A stretch of DNA of 64,000 nt from an uncultured Pseudomonadales bacterium (GTDB taxonomy: Bacteria > Patescibacteriota > Microgenomatia > UBA1400 > UBA1396), in assembly GCA_964598125.1 (NCBI GenBank), contig CAZRAG010000001.1, positions 8,810 through 72,809 of the forward strand. The letters run 5' to 3'. Under the pieces are notes generated by a model. That model was not told the DNA's origin. It did no database searches and worked only from the letters and a program-made list of their open reading frames with translations. Of this stretch, positions 36,816-46,420 are shown piece by piece. Each line of letters starts with the position of its first letter. The stretch's first letter is position 1. Made by a program: the position numbers and the translations under genes.

Positions 36816-37907
36816 TTATTCGTTGGATAAATTTTTTTTATAAAATTCGATTGTTCTCTGCATCGCTAAAGAAAAAGTACTACCTGTAAGGTTGTGTCCA
36901 CCTTGAGGATACTCATGAAGTTCATGGGAAATTTGGGTTTTATCAAGAAGTTGATTGAGATTCTGACCATACTGAATACTGACCACGGCATCATCGGCTG
37001 CATAATGCATCTGCACTGCGCCCTGCAAATCATTTAAGTAATTTGTAGGCACAACCTGCTGCCAAAAAAGACTCTCGGGATCAAACTGCCCGTGCATATC
37101 AAACAGAGCTTGTCGACGTTGTTGACTTGGTGATTCCTGCCTTGGCCGCTGGTACGATTGATCTTGAATGCCAAATTCTTGGAGGTCGGAATAGGTAAAA
37201 ACAGCTCCCGCCCAAATCACAATTGCCGGAATCTCGGGTTGAGCAACCGCGCTACGCAACACGACATTGCCAGCCATGCTGTGCCCCCACAAGCCAACTT
37301 TTTCCGGATTCACAAAGGATGCTGACTGGAGGGCTGCTCGCGCGTTGAGAGTATCGATAACATAATCACTGGAAAAATACGCTCCGCCAGCAATTCCTTC
37401 TGAATCTCCATGCCCACGCAGGTCAATTTTGAGTACTACAAGACCGCTCTTGGCTAAAGCATCGACGTAAGCCTGATAACGCTCCTCAGTATCATACTGA
37501 TCTGGAGGAATATATCCATGCACAAAAACTATAGCTGGCCATCCACCCTCCGGTTCTGGAGTGATAGGAATGGTGAGCAGGGCTTGGATTCGTAAGCCAT
37601 CGGATTGATATGAGGTGAGAAATGTTTCATAAGAATCATTGCGAGCAAGGCGCTCTCTTTCACCCAGCTCGCTTTGATACTTCCGTTGTCGCAAATAGGG
37701 AATGGTGAGTTCGGCGTAGGGAAAAGGGGTGGGGGACGGTGGGCCAGAGAATGCTGTTTGATTAATCGGAAAAAAGGAGTGTTTCAAAACCAGAGAAACA
37801 AAAATACTGAATGCAAGCAGTATCACTGCAGCTAGTCCGAAACGACCATGAAAAAAATGCCGGTTTTTTTGTTGGGCGGATGATTCAGAAGAACTCAGTG
37901 TCTGCAT
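36816..37907 (-). CDS. Alpha/beta-hydrolase (S9 / dienelactone-hydrolase-like) with an N-terminal TM anchor
   Basis: Nucleophile elbow GHSMAG; His and Asp lie downstream in alpha/beta-hydrolase order. Confidence 0.7.
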   Translation of the reverse strand: MQTLSSSESSAQQKNRHFFHGRFGLAAVILLAFSIFVSLVLKHSFFPINQTAFSGPPSPTPFPYAELTIPYLRQRKYQSELGERERLARNDSYETFLTSYQSDGLRIQALLTIPITPEPEGGWPAIVFVHGYIPPDQYDTEERYQAYVDALAKSGLVVLKIDLRGHGDSEGIAGGAYFSSDYVIDTLNARAALQSASFVNPEKVGLWGHSMAGNVVLRSAVAQPEIPAIVIWAGAVFTYSDLQEFGIQDQSYQRPRQESPSQQRRQALFDMHGQFDPESLFWQQVVPTNYLNDLQGAVQMHYAADDAVVSIQYGQNLNQLLDKTQISHELHEYPQGGHNLTGSTFSLAMQRTIEFYKKNLSNE

Positions 37908-38028
37908 GCTTGAAAAGCTACCCTAACACACTTGTCTGGTGATTTGTGTAAAAAATGAGTGAGAACGTTCAAGAGATCCGCTGGTTCTCCCCATAACAAT
38001 AGATTAGAATAGAGCCTATCTGGAAAAT

Positions 38029-39168
38029 ATGACTGAGAGCACACACACCCGAGGACCCGTCAGAGAGAACCGACTTTCTGAACAGTTTAACATTCCTCCT
38101 TTGTCTTCCTTGATAGTTTCTGCGCTCATAGTTCTCCTCATCTTTGCCTTCTTCAAAGGTTATATCTACAATTTTTATGCGAGCTTTCTTTTTCTTTTTT
38201 ATGGCTTCACCCAACACATGTGGGTCTCGGTTATCCTTCTTGGTGTTTTTCAAACGCTTATCCTTATTCCTTTTCGTGTTATTCGCATCTGGAAATCCGA
38301 TAATATTTCTGAATTCCAAAAATCCATCGAGGAAATGGATCATGAATCCTTTCAACGCAAAGAATTTAAGCAACGATTTGATGTTGGGAGCCTGACTTTT
38401 CTTTTCTATTTGTTTGATTTTATGGTGCAACTCACAACCTTCCTTACTATTGGAAGACTTTTCCTGACAAATTTTTACCAATACCCTTTGGCAGAAAAAA
38501 TTCTCTATTCCTTTGTTCCGTATCCGGAATATCCTATTCAACACACGTTTTTCAAGCTCCCATATGTAGCGGTAACCAATACCATCGATTTGGGGTGGCG
38601 AGTACTGATACCAGTTTGGGCGGTCATTCTCCTTTTAGCCGGATACTATCTGTATCAACGCCGACGAAAGGAAGCGGAAAATACTGGCTCAACAGGATCA
38701 AGATACGCCTGGGCGTACATTTTCATCATCATGGCAGTAACCTGGTTTGTGGTCAGACACTTCCCCGTTGGTTGGCAACTCCAGATTTTTTCTGGAGACG
38801 TGAGCCAGCCAAATAGGACTCTGAATTTTGTTACGGCCATTGTTACCTTTCTTACATTGCTCTGGTTTGGAGCACAAAAAATTATTCGAAAAGGCAAACT
38901 TGCCCGGGAACAAGGCATTCCCTCTACAATAATAAATAGAACTCAGAAGAATATGTTTGGGCAATCTATTTTTGACTCGTTACTCGTTGGATTAGGTGCT
39001 TTCTTTATTACGAATCAAATTCCCTCTGCCTTTGAACTTTCCATTTTTACTTTAGAAGTTATCTCATTATTTTCACCATTTACACTCGATAAGTTGATTC
39101 ATCGAATAAAAGATAGAGTGGTCAACCCAACTCCAGTGGCAGCCAGCTCTGAGACAAGTTCAGAGTGA
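38029..39168 (+). CDS. Polytopic membrane protein (faint YidC/Oxa1-like pattern, unconfirmed)
   Basis: 379 aa with at least 6 hydrophobic helices. The overlapping antisense lysine-rich ORF 37969..38544 is judged spurious. Confidence 0.5.
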   Translation: MTESTHTRGPVRENRLSEQFNIPPLSSLIVSALIVLLIFAFFKGYIYNFYASFLFLFYGFTQHMWVSVILLGVFQTLILIPFRVIRIWKSDNISEFQKSIEEMDHESFQRKEFKQRFDVGSLTFLFYLFDFMVQLTTFLTIGRLFLTNFYQYPLAEKILYSFVPYPEYPIQHTFFKLPYVAVTNTIDLGWRVLIPVWAVILLLAGYYLYQRRRKEAENTGSTGSRYAWAYIFIIMAVTWFVVRHFPVGWQLQIFSGDVSQPNRTLNFVTAIVTFLTLLWFGAQKIIRKGKLAREQGIPSTIINRTQKNMFGQSIFDSLLVGLGAFFITNQIPSAFELSIFTLEVISLFSPFTLDKLIHRIKDRVVNPTPVAASSETSSE

Positions 39169-39169
39169 G

Positions 39170-40141
39170 ATGAGTTCTGGCCAAGCAAGTACTATCATGA
39201 AAAATGGGCAGTCATTAAAGGGTACCTCTTCAAACCCAAACTCTTTAGCAAACATCGGCTACACTCAAAATTTTTTACGAGATACCAAACTTGTTGAAAC
39301 CTTGATCAACAAGTCAAATATCACTTCAGGGATTACAGTTCTCGAAATTGGCCCAGGAAAAGGAATTATTACTGAAGCATTGGCAAGACGGGTTGGTCCG
39401 ACTGGTCGGGTAGTGGCAGTTGAGTTTGATCCTCATCTCGCAATGCAACTCCGCGCACGCTTTACTGATTTATCCCAAGTAAACATCATTCAACAAGATA
39501 TTCTTTCTTTTTCATTGGACTCTCTTCCTCATAATTACCGAGTTTTTGCCAATGTTCCCTTCAACATCACCGCCAAAATTTTTCATTATATCTTCCAGCC
39601 TCTTTCTGGACCCCAGGATGCTTACCTCATTGTCCAAAAGGAGTCTATTCAGGAAGTAGGACAAAAAAAAGAACCAAGAGCCACCCTGAAGTCTCTTTTC
39701 CTGGAACCCATCTACCAAATTCGGCTCATTCACACGTTCTCTCCCCATGATTTTTCTCCTCCTCCAGGTGTGAAAACTGCACTCTTTCATTTCCAAAAAA
39801 AAACGCCACCAGCCCTCACTGCGCAGCAATACACACAGTTTTGCGACTTTCTGGCTTTTATCAGCCGAGATCGGATAGGTGAGGGATCCTGGCTGCGACT
39901 ATTTTCCAAAAAGGATTTGAGAAGCATGGTAGAGAAAAATCGTCTTCTCTGGGGCAGGGGCCTAAAGTCGCAAGCTGGGCACAGTCTCATGACAGCATTT
40001 CTCAATACCGTGGCCCAAGATGAAATGTTACAAAAAAAAGTTGTGGGTGCGCTTAAGGTTCTACAAAAAGAACAAGAAAAAAGAGAGTTAATCAATTTTT
40101 TTGGTGGACACCACCGCTCGAAAATGGAAAAAAAACGTTGA
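39170..40141 (+). CDS. Erm-family 23S rRNA adenine N6-methyltransferase-like protein with a ~75-aa C-terminal extension
   Basis: QNFL (Erm-type; KsgA has QHFL). SAM motif LEIGPGKGIITEAL. The sequence RVFANVPFNITAKIFHYIF parallels ErmC [20 protein letters not shown]. Confidence 0.7.
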   Translation: MSSGQASTIMKNGQSLKGTSSNPNSLANIGYTQNFLRDTKLVETLINKSNITSGITVLEIGPGKGIITEALARRVGPTGRVVAVEFDPHLAMQLRARFTDLSQVNIIQQDILSFSLDSLPHNYRVFANVPFNITAKIFHYIFQPLSGPQDAYLIVQKESIQEVGQKKEPRATLKSLFLEPIYQIRLIHTFSPHDFSPPPGVKTALFHFQKKTPPALTAQQYTQFCDFLAFISRDRIGEGSWLRLFSKKDLRSMVEKNRLLWGRGLKSQAGHSLMTAFLNTVAQDEMLQKKVVGALKVLQKEQEKRELINFFGGHHRSKMEKKR

Positions 40142-40218
40142 TCTAAAAATAATTTTACTAGCTTCGCTTACAGCAACTTTTCCTAACTATTACCAATTTC
40201 ACATGTTGTCCTTGAATA

Positions 40219-41403
40219 ATGAAAATCACGGAAAGGACAACGGACTCGATGAATATTGCCATGGTATCAAGTCCACATGTTCCTGTTCCTCCAAAAAAAT
40301 ATGGTGGCACGGAACGAGTGGTCTACGCCCTTATTAAGGGTTTAAGTGAGCTCGGTCATAAAGTATTTTTGCTTGCTCCAGGTGACTCCGATGTTTCAGG
40401 TCTCAATTGTGAACTTATTCCCATCACTCCTGAACACATTTTTTTTGGGAAAGATAAGTTGAGCCAGGAAAAAGTTGAGGCAGAAACACAAAAAATTCGC
40501 CAACACACAAAACAATTACTGAAGGAAGTTCTTCCTGAGGTAGACATCATTCATTCACACGGCTTTGATCTCATCGATTTTCAAGATTTTCCCAACCTCA
40601 CCACCTTACATGGCATGTTTCTCCTGGAAAAAATGGACTATTTTGAACAGCGCCGAGGATTAAACTTTGTAAGTATCTCAAAAAACCAGCAAAATTCTTT
40701 TCCAGATCTGCAGTATGTTGGTGTTATTTATAACGGACTCATTCCTGAGCGCTTTCCCTTTAATCCTGATCCGCAAGAGTATGTGTGTTTTTTAGGAAGA
40801 TTCGATCGAGAAAAGAACCCTCATGAAGCCATCAGCTTGGCCGTTCATCTGGGCATACCAATCAAACTCGCTGGAAAAATTGATTTTTTAGGAAAAGATT
40901 ACTTTGAGGAAGAGGTACAACCACATTTTGATAATCCACTTGTAAGTTATTTGGGTGAGCTTGAATTACCAGAAAAAATTGAATTGCTCAAAAATGCTGT
41001 CTGCAATTTACATCCGGCAAATTTCCGCGAGCCTTTTGGGTTGACTGTCATGGAAGCTGCCTACTGTGGAACTCCCACCTTGGCAATTCGCCGCGGTTCA
41101 ATGTCAGAGCTTATCGAAAATGGTCGAACTGGCATCCTCGTTGAGGACTTTGCCGAAGGGTATCATCGCCTTGAAGAGATACGTGAGTTTGACCGAAGGT
41201 ATATTTCTCAGCGTGCCAGAATGCTGTTTAACTACAAAACTATGAGTCGACAGTACGAATATGCTTACCAAGAAGTTATTGCTTCTCAGAAAAAGTCTTC
41301 CTCTCTGACCAACGGCAAAGCTGAACACATGAACAAGCTCCGTCAGGAAATAACGGCCATTTGGAATGAAAGACACGGTACACAGAATAGTTCTGAAATC
41401 TAA
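40219..41403 (+). CDS. GT4-family glycosyltransferase
   Basis: N-terminus MNIAMVSSPHVPVPPKKYGGTERVV, with a C-terminal E-x7-E region (FREPFGLTVMEAAYCGTP). Confidence 0.75.
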   Translation: MKITERTTDSMNIAMVSSPHVPVPPKKYGGTERVVYALIKGLSELGHKVFLLAPGDSDVSGLNCELIPITPEHIFFGKDKLSQEKVEAETQKIRQHTKQLLKEVLPEVDIIHSHGFDLIDFQDFPNLTTLHGMFLLEKMDYFEQRRGLNFVSISKNQQNSFPDLQYVGVIYNGLIPERFPFNPDPQEYVCFLGRFDREKNPHEAISLAVHLGIPIKLAGKIDFLGKDYFEEEVQPHFDNPLVSYLGELELPEKIELLKNAVCNLHPANFREPFGLTVMEAAYCGTPTLAIRRGSMSELIENGRTGILVEDFAEGYHRLEEIREFDRRYISQRARMLFNYKTMSRQYEYAYQEVIASQKKSSSLTNGKAEHMNKLRQEITAIWNERHGTQNSSEI

Positions 41404-41409
41404 CATCAA

Positions 41410-43239
41410 CTAGACCTGTAGCTTTTTAATCGCTGCATACTCTCGGACGATTCTAAGAAAGCCCACTGCCGACCAGAGCTGTAGCAAACTCATCTGTCCT
41501 TCGGCAGCTTCTTGATCCACATAAAACCTGGCTTTATCAAGATCTCGATCATAGTAATAGAGCTCGGGAATTGCTTCTAACTGCTCAAATCCCCGCAGGC
41601 TTGCCTCACAGTTAAGGGTAATACTCTGGTAGAGCGTATCCATTACTACTTCGGGCCACGAATATTTCATCCCTTTGCGATACTGCTTGGCCATACCTGC
41701 AATCGCAAAGGCAGCTTGTTTTGGCCAAATGACTTTTCCATGATAATGGCGTTCATCGAGATAAGGATTCTTTTGAGAAACAAGAATTGGTCCCACAGGA
41801 GTATAAAAATATTTTGGGGACATCATTCTTTTGGCAAAACTCACGACGTCTTCCAGTGATGGCTGCCCATAAAAAAGGGCGTAGCCTTCATCAATATGGG
41901 CAATTTTGAGTGTCCGTAGAGGATTGCCATGAAGTGCTAAAGCATATCCCTGAATGTGGAGGGGCTCAGTCAGGAGGTATTGATAGTGAACACTTGCCCA
42001 ACGTCGCATAATTTTTCGTAATTGTCGCGTTTGCGAGATATGCAACATTTCCCGGAAACGCCAGATCGTTCGTAAAGCTTCAGGATAAAAAACACAGTTC
42101 ACGTCATAGGGGGCTAAAGGTTGTTCATGTTGGTAAAAAGCGTCCTCACTGTCCCGCCAATTGCCGACTTTGTAGTAGGCCCCTGGCTCATTCTGAATCT
42201 CCTTGAAAGTAATATGCTCATTTTTTTCGGCTTTATTTATAAGGAATTCCGCCACAGCCTGGAATTTTTCCTGATTCGATTCGCGAAGAAGGAATTGTTT
42301 AGAAACGGTATTCAAGCTGAGAATATACAGTGGCTCAATATCCACCATCTTTCGATCCACCCATTCATCTTTTCCCACAAAATTTCGATACTCACCAATG
42401 ACTTCTTCATGCCATCCCTCACCTCCTTTGAGGTGTTTCATAGATTGCTCAACCATAAAATCTCGAGCAGCATGGGTAAGATCTTTTTCGCCAAGAAGGG
42501 CAGACTCAATCCAGTCACGAGGGAAGATAGTCCCAAACTCAAAACTACTCGTCCGGCTCGTGGAAACCAAGAAGTGAACTTGGCGACGCACTTCCTGCAC
42601 CATTCTCAGGATAGTTTCCGAAAATAAACCTGGGTCAAGCGCCAGTGGTTTATAGAGAATTTGTTCAATCTTTTCAGCAGACGGCACGGTTTTGGTATTA
42701 CTTTCGATCACGAACTCGACGGGTTGGGCATCATTATTGGTAATGGTAAGGGTATCGGCGGTCTGGGTGACCGTACAGTTTTGGGGAAAAATAACGTTTG
42801 CTCCATAGGTATTTTCTTCACCCTGAAAATCCCGATACGTTCGACTGAGGCGCAGCACTTTTCCTGACTGATATGGCAAAGTTAATGAATCCGAGTTTAT
42901 TTGCTCATACGAAACAAACTCTCGTACCTGCGGCAAGAGTTCAGCAATTTTTTGCGAGGCAAGTTCAAGATAACTGGGTTTATTGGCCGAACCCTCGGTG
43001 TATTTACGCAACGTCCGAATATTGCAGACAAGGGGCTGAGAAATGGTTACTTCGGGGGCTTCAAATTCCAGCGTGAGCTGAATGACATGTTCATCAAAAA
43101 TAACCGCTTCGCCAAAATTAACTTCTGACTGATGAAAAATAGAAAAGCCCAACAAAAGATGATTGTTTGGACCGGTTAAACGAAACTGATTCCGAGAATC
43201 AATGTCAAAATAGTAATCACTGAGAATCCCATACTTCAT
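41410..43239 (-). CDS. Hypothetical protein; possible (alpha/alpha)6-barrel glycoside hydrolase (GDE_C / GH63-like)
   Basis: ATG at 43239 (MKYGILSD...). C-terminal HGKVIWPKQAAFAIAGM and GQMSLLQLWSAVGFL resemble amylo-alpha-1,6-glucosidase-type barrels. Weak call. Confidence 0.45.
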   Translation of the reverse strand: MKYGILSDYYFDIDSRNQFRLTGPNNHLLLGFSIFHQSEVNFGEAVIFDEHVIQLTLEFEAPEVTISQPLVCNIRTLRKYTEGSANKPSYLELASQKIAELLPQVREFVSYEQINSDSLTLPYQSGKVLRLSRTYRDFQGEENTYGANVIFPQNCTVTQTADTLTITNNDAQPVEFVIESNTKTVPSAEKIEQILYKPLALDPGLFSETILRMVQEVRRQVHFLVSTSRTSSFEFGTIFPRDWIESALLGEKDLTHAARDFMVEQSMKHLKGGEGWHEEVIGEYRNFVGKDEWVDRKMVDIEPLYILSLNTVSKQFLLRESNQEKFQAVAEFLINKAEKNEHITFKEIQNEPGAYYKVGNWRDSEDAFYQHEQPLAPYDVNCVFYPEALRTIWRFREMLHISQTRQLRKIMRRWASVHYQYLLTEPLHIQGYALALHGNPLRTLKIAHIDEGYALFYGQPSLEDVVSFAKRMMSPKYFYTPVGPILVSQKNPYLDERHYHGKVIWPKQAAFAIAGMAKQYRKGMKYSWPEVVMDTLYQSITLNCEASLRGFEQLEAIPELYYYDRDLDKARFYVDQEAAEGQMSLLQLWSAVGFLRIVREYAAIKKLQV

Positions 43240-43452
43240 TTTTTTGTTTCTATTACGGGTAGGTAGTAAGTAAAACAGTTTGAAGTGTAGCCCTACTTTC
43301 CAATAATTAGAGGGAAAATTCGTAAAATTCTGGTAAGAATATGCCAGAAACTTGAATTTTGAGCATTTAAAGTGGCACATTCCTGTTCTTACACCGTTCT
43401 TAAAAACAACCAGTAGGGTAGTGTCTATTCAAAAAGAAAGGATGATTCTGCT

Positions 43453-44319
43453 ATGAAGCAATTCCTCTTTACGCCACTGGTGGTGGCTCTGGTAGGAGCG
43501 GCCGTCTTTGCCGTCAGCCAACCAGTGCTCGCCTCGGTGGCCCCCGTTTGGGATCAAGGATTCGAAGAGTCGACAGATGGTTGGCTTGACTCCAGTGATG
43601 CCTGGTATGGCGAGATTACTCGAGTTCCTTCTGGTACTGATGGTATCGTCGCCTCTAGAGGTGACTGGTTTGCCTTGGTGGAAGGTGATAGTGATTCCGG
43701 ACCATTTTCTCGTTTTGATGGCTATCGCGATGAGTGGCCAGGAGAATGGGTGTCGGAAATCGATGTGTATCTGGACCCAAGTTGGGCTGCTGGCACAGGG
43801 TTTGATTACTCGGTATCAGCTAACGGAACCGACAATAATCACCAACGAGACTTCATTTTCCATGTAACCAAGGATACCTCGACAAACGAACTTTTGGTGG
43901 GTGGTTCGAATAACTCCAACTTTGCGGTTCGTGAAGACCTCGAAAACATCAATCACTACGTCGTCACTTCTGCTGGGTGGTACACCTTACAACACGTTTT
44001 TCGAGATGATGGGGGAACTTTAGCCGTCGATCTCCGACTGCTCGATGATGAAGGTAATGTTCTGTTCACGGAGACAAGAAATGATCCCACTGATCTTATC
44101 CCTTCTGAAGTTGGTGGTAATCGCTATTCATGGTTCACCTTCATTACCGTGGATGGTCTCCCGATAGATGAGCACCAACTCCTCATGGATGTTCCGGATA
44201 AGAATGACATGCTTCTCGAGAGTGGCGTTCCAGGAAGAGGTATTGAGAATGCTCCTGGATTGCAAAAACCATTTAACCCCAAATCGCAAGCGGCTGAGCA
44301 TGCTGGCAAGAAAAAGTAA
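43453..44319 (+). CDS. Secreted hypothetical protein
   Basis: Signal peptide MKQFLFTPLVVALVGAAVFAVSQPVLA. 288 aa. Confidence 0.5.
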   Translation: MKQFLFTPLVVALVGAAVFAVSQPVLASVAPVWDQGFEESTDGWLDSSDAWYGEITRVPSGTDGIVASRGDWFALVEGDSDSGPFSRFDGYRDEWPGEWVSEIDVYLDPSWAAGTGFDYSVSANGTDNNHQRDFIFHVTKDTSTNELLVGGSNNSNFAVREDLENINHYVVTSAGWYTLQHVFRDDGGTLAVDLRLLDDEGNVLFTETRNDPTDLIPSEVGGNRYSWFTFITVDGLPIDEHQLLMDVPDKNDMLLESGVPGRGIENAPGLQKPFNPKSQAAEHAGKKK

Positions 44320-44345
44320 GTTATTTTACTAAAGCTCTTTAAAAG

Positions 44346-44372
44346 GTGCCTCCAAACGGGGGCACTTTTTTT
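44346..44372 (+). terminator. Intrinsic terminator
   Basis: ggtgcc-tccaaacgg-gggcac followed by ttttttt. Confidence 0.6.
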
Positions 44373-44454
44373 GATTTTTCATCTTGTCACAACAAAGACT
44401 ATTGTATAATCCGGTCAACCTTTATTGGCTTATGCTGAAGGAGAATCTGCAAAG

Positions 44455-44586
44455 ATGTGTGATTCACCCCGTTGCAAAGGCCCCGACACGGAAAAATTGC
44501 AACCGCGTTGTGGAGGACGAGTCAAGTGGTTTTGCGAGAAATGCGCAAAAATAATGAAGGCCAGAGGTTGGGTGAAGTGCCGATAG
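44455..44586 (+). CDS. Small zinc-ribbon-like protein (43 aa, four CxxC-type Cys pairs); absent from the ORF track
   Basis: SD aaggag lies 11 nt upstream. Translation is MCDSPRCKGPDTEKLQPRCGGRVKWFCEKCAKIMKARGWVKCR. Terminators flank it on both sides. Confidence 0.45.
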   Translation: MCDSPRCKGPDTEKLQPRCGGRVKWFCEKCAKIMKARGWVKCR

Positions 44587-44635
44587 CGATACCTCATCCG
44601 ATCTCACATCGTAGCTGAACCCTGTTCAGCCATCA

Positions 44636-44672
44636 CCCCAGTCGGGTAACCGGCTGGGGATTTCTTTTTTTT
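44636..44672 (+). terminator. Intrinsic terminator
   Basis: ccccagtcgg-gtaa-ccggctgggg followed by atttctttttttt. It is preceded by a second hairpin (gctgaac-cct-gttcagc). Confidence 0.6.
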
Positions 44673-44916
44673 AAACACACCCCGCATCAATTTAGATGTA
44701 TCAGTTAGAAAACTTCGAGAGACCTCTCTCGCCATTTCTTCTGTTTCCAACTGTACTTGCTTAAATAGCAGGAAAATATCGCTTTCTCTTTTCTCTATCA
44801 TATCCTATAATACTAGACTTGTTCTCAAAAACATTGATATCTACGTCTTTTGCTTTTTGAGAGCAGCTCGTGAACATGTTAACGATTTTATTTTTCGAAT
44901 GCACAGGAGGTGTATT

Positions 44917-45327
44917 TTGCTTATACGCGCGATTCAGTTCGCGGCGGCTCATCAGCGATTTTTGCTGTTTGCCGTTATCGGAGGATACGTCACCCTGCAA
45001 GGGGCGGCTATCCTGTGGTTATTAGTCGAGGCCGAATTACGGCCTGAAATCGCCAACATAGGTCAAATGATTGTAAGCATCGAAACAAATTTCTTTGCCA
45101 ACAACTGGCTGACCTGGCGTGACCGGCGTGAGCGCTCGCTGTGGGACCGCTACAAACGATTCCACTTTGCCAAGATAGGAACAGTGGTGCTCAACAGCCT
45201 GCTGTTCGCCGCCCTGATCTGGCTAAAGATTCCCTACATGTTGGTGTACATCATCAACGTGGGAGTCTTTACCGCGATCAACTTCCTGGTAAATGAAAAG
45301 TTTGTGTTCAAAAAGGAAGGTGCGTGA
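44917..45327 (+). CDS. GtrA-family small membrane protein (polyprenyl-P-sugar flippase-like)
   Basis: Four TM helices, GtrA-like. The listed ORF starts at 44857; TTG at 44917 has an aggagg SD 6 nt upstream. High GC. The stop overlaps the next start as ATGA. Confidence 0.6.
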   Translation: MLIRAIQFAAAHQRFLLFAVIGGYVTLQGAAILWLLVEAELRPEIANIGQMIVSIETNFFANNWLTWRDRRERSLWDRYKRFHFAKIGTVVLNSLLFAALIWLKIPYMLVYIINVGVFTAINFLVNEKFVFKKEGA

Positions 45328-46418
45328 TGATTATGCCGACGAAAGTGTCGGTGATCGTCCCTCTCAGAAACTCTGGCGCCCATATTACTGGGTTGCTGGA
45401 TTCTCTCCTTTCCCAAGATTACCCCAGCTTCGAAATACTGTTGGTAGGTAATCAGGGCGATACAACCTGGTCGGCTCTGCCAAGTGACTTGGACCCACGG
45501 GTTCACATCATAGAGGTTGAGCTACCCGAAGGTTGGATGGGCCGCGACTCCAATTTCAAACGGAATCGCGGTGCCGAAGCCGCAACGGGCATCGTCCTGT
45601 TTTACACGGACGTCAAAATCCGCCACCAACCAGACTGGATCAGTACCGGTCTGCGCTTGATGCGCGAAAACCAGGTTGAGGCAGTTGCCGGCATCATGCT
45701 CGGCACAGCGGAATCGACTCAGAGTTTTTTGGGTCGCTTCACTGATAGCGCCCTCATCCGGCGCAATCCAGATTTTGGACAAGGTTACATCCTGAATGCC
45801 CAGAATTTTGGTAATCGGGAAAGTCTCCCCATCACCGCCTGCTGGGCGATGACGCGAGCCGCCTATGAAAACATGGGTGGCTTCGACGAAGACGCTCGTG
45901 ACTCATATGAAGACTACATGAGTGCGTGGAGAGCTGTCCGGGCTGGAGTCGAGTTCTTCGTCAGTAATCTCTGGACGGTTTTCCATAAGCACCGATCGAA
46001 ATTCAAACCAATGCAGCTGGAGTACGCCCGGTCTGCCCGTGGCGCAGCCCAGATGTTCGCCACCTATCCAGATTGCCCGTTCGGCCGCCGGCGTGCCGCT
46101 CAAGTCACCATTGTTCTCGCCATGGTGTTTGTTGGCGTGGTGACACTACTCATATCTCTCGTAGCCTTGGCGTTGGGAAACTGGCAGATCCTCGCTGGAT
46201 TATCAGCAATCGTCACAGCACTGTACGTGCTCGCTGGCACTGCCAATACGGTCAAGGCCCATCACTGGCAGGGATTTTTCTTCCCAGCCTTGACTGGCTG
46301 GTTTATTCTCTGGTTCGCCCTGCATTTTGCGCAGAAATTGCGCGAAGGTGGAGGAGTATCCAAAAACAATAGGTGGTTGCAAACAATGTTCTCTTTAGTC
46401 CTTCCGGGGGTGAAGTAA
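45324..46418 (+). CDS. GT2-family glycosyltransferase with C-terminal TM helices (GtrB-like polyprenyl-phosphate sugar synthase)
   Basis: N-terminus VSVIVPLRNSGAHITGLLDSLLSQDYPSFEILLVG in a GT-A fold, with 2-3 C-terminal TM helices. Confidence 0.75.
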   Translation: MMIMPTKVSVIVPLRNSGAHITGLLDSLLSQDYPSFEILLVGNQGDTTWSALPSDLDPRVHIIEVELPEGWMGRDSNFKRNRGAEAATGIVLFYTDVKIRHQPDWISTGLRLMRENQVEAVAGIMLGTAESTQSFLGRFTDSALIRRNPDFGQGYILNAQNFGNRESLPITACWAMTRAAYENMGGFDEDARDSYEDYMSAWRAVRAGVEFFVSNLWTVFHKHRSKFKPMQLEYARSARGAAQMFATYPDCPFGRRRAAQVTIVLAMVFVGVVTLLISLVALALGNWQILAGLSAIVTALYVLAGTANTVKAHHWQGFFFPALTGWFILWFALHFAQKLREGGGVSKNNRWLQTMFSLVLPGVK

Positions 46419-46420
46419 CC

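Noticed and set aside
37969-38544. 191-aa lysine-rich minus-strand ORF
   Set aside because: Low-complexity, and antisense to the 379-aa polytopic membrane protein gene, which has coherent TM structure.
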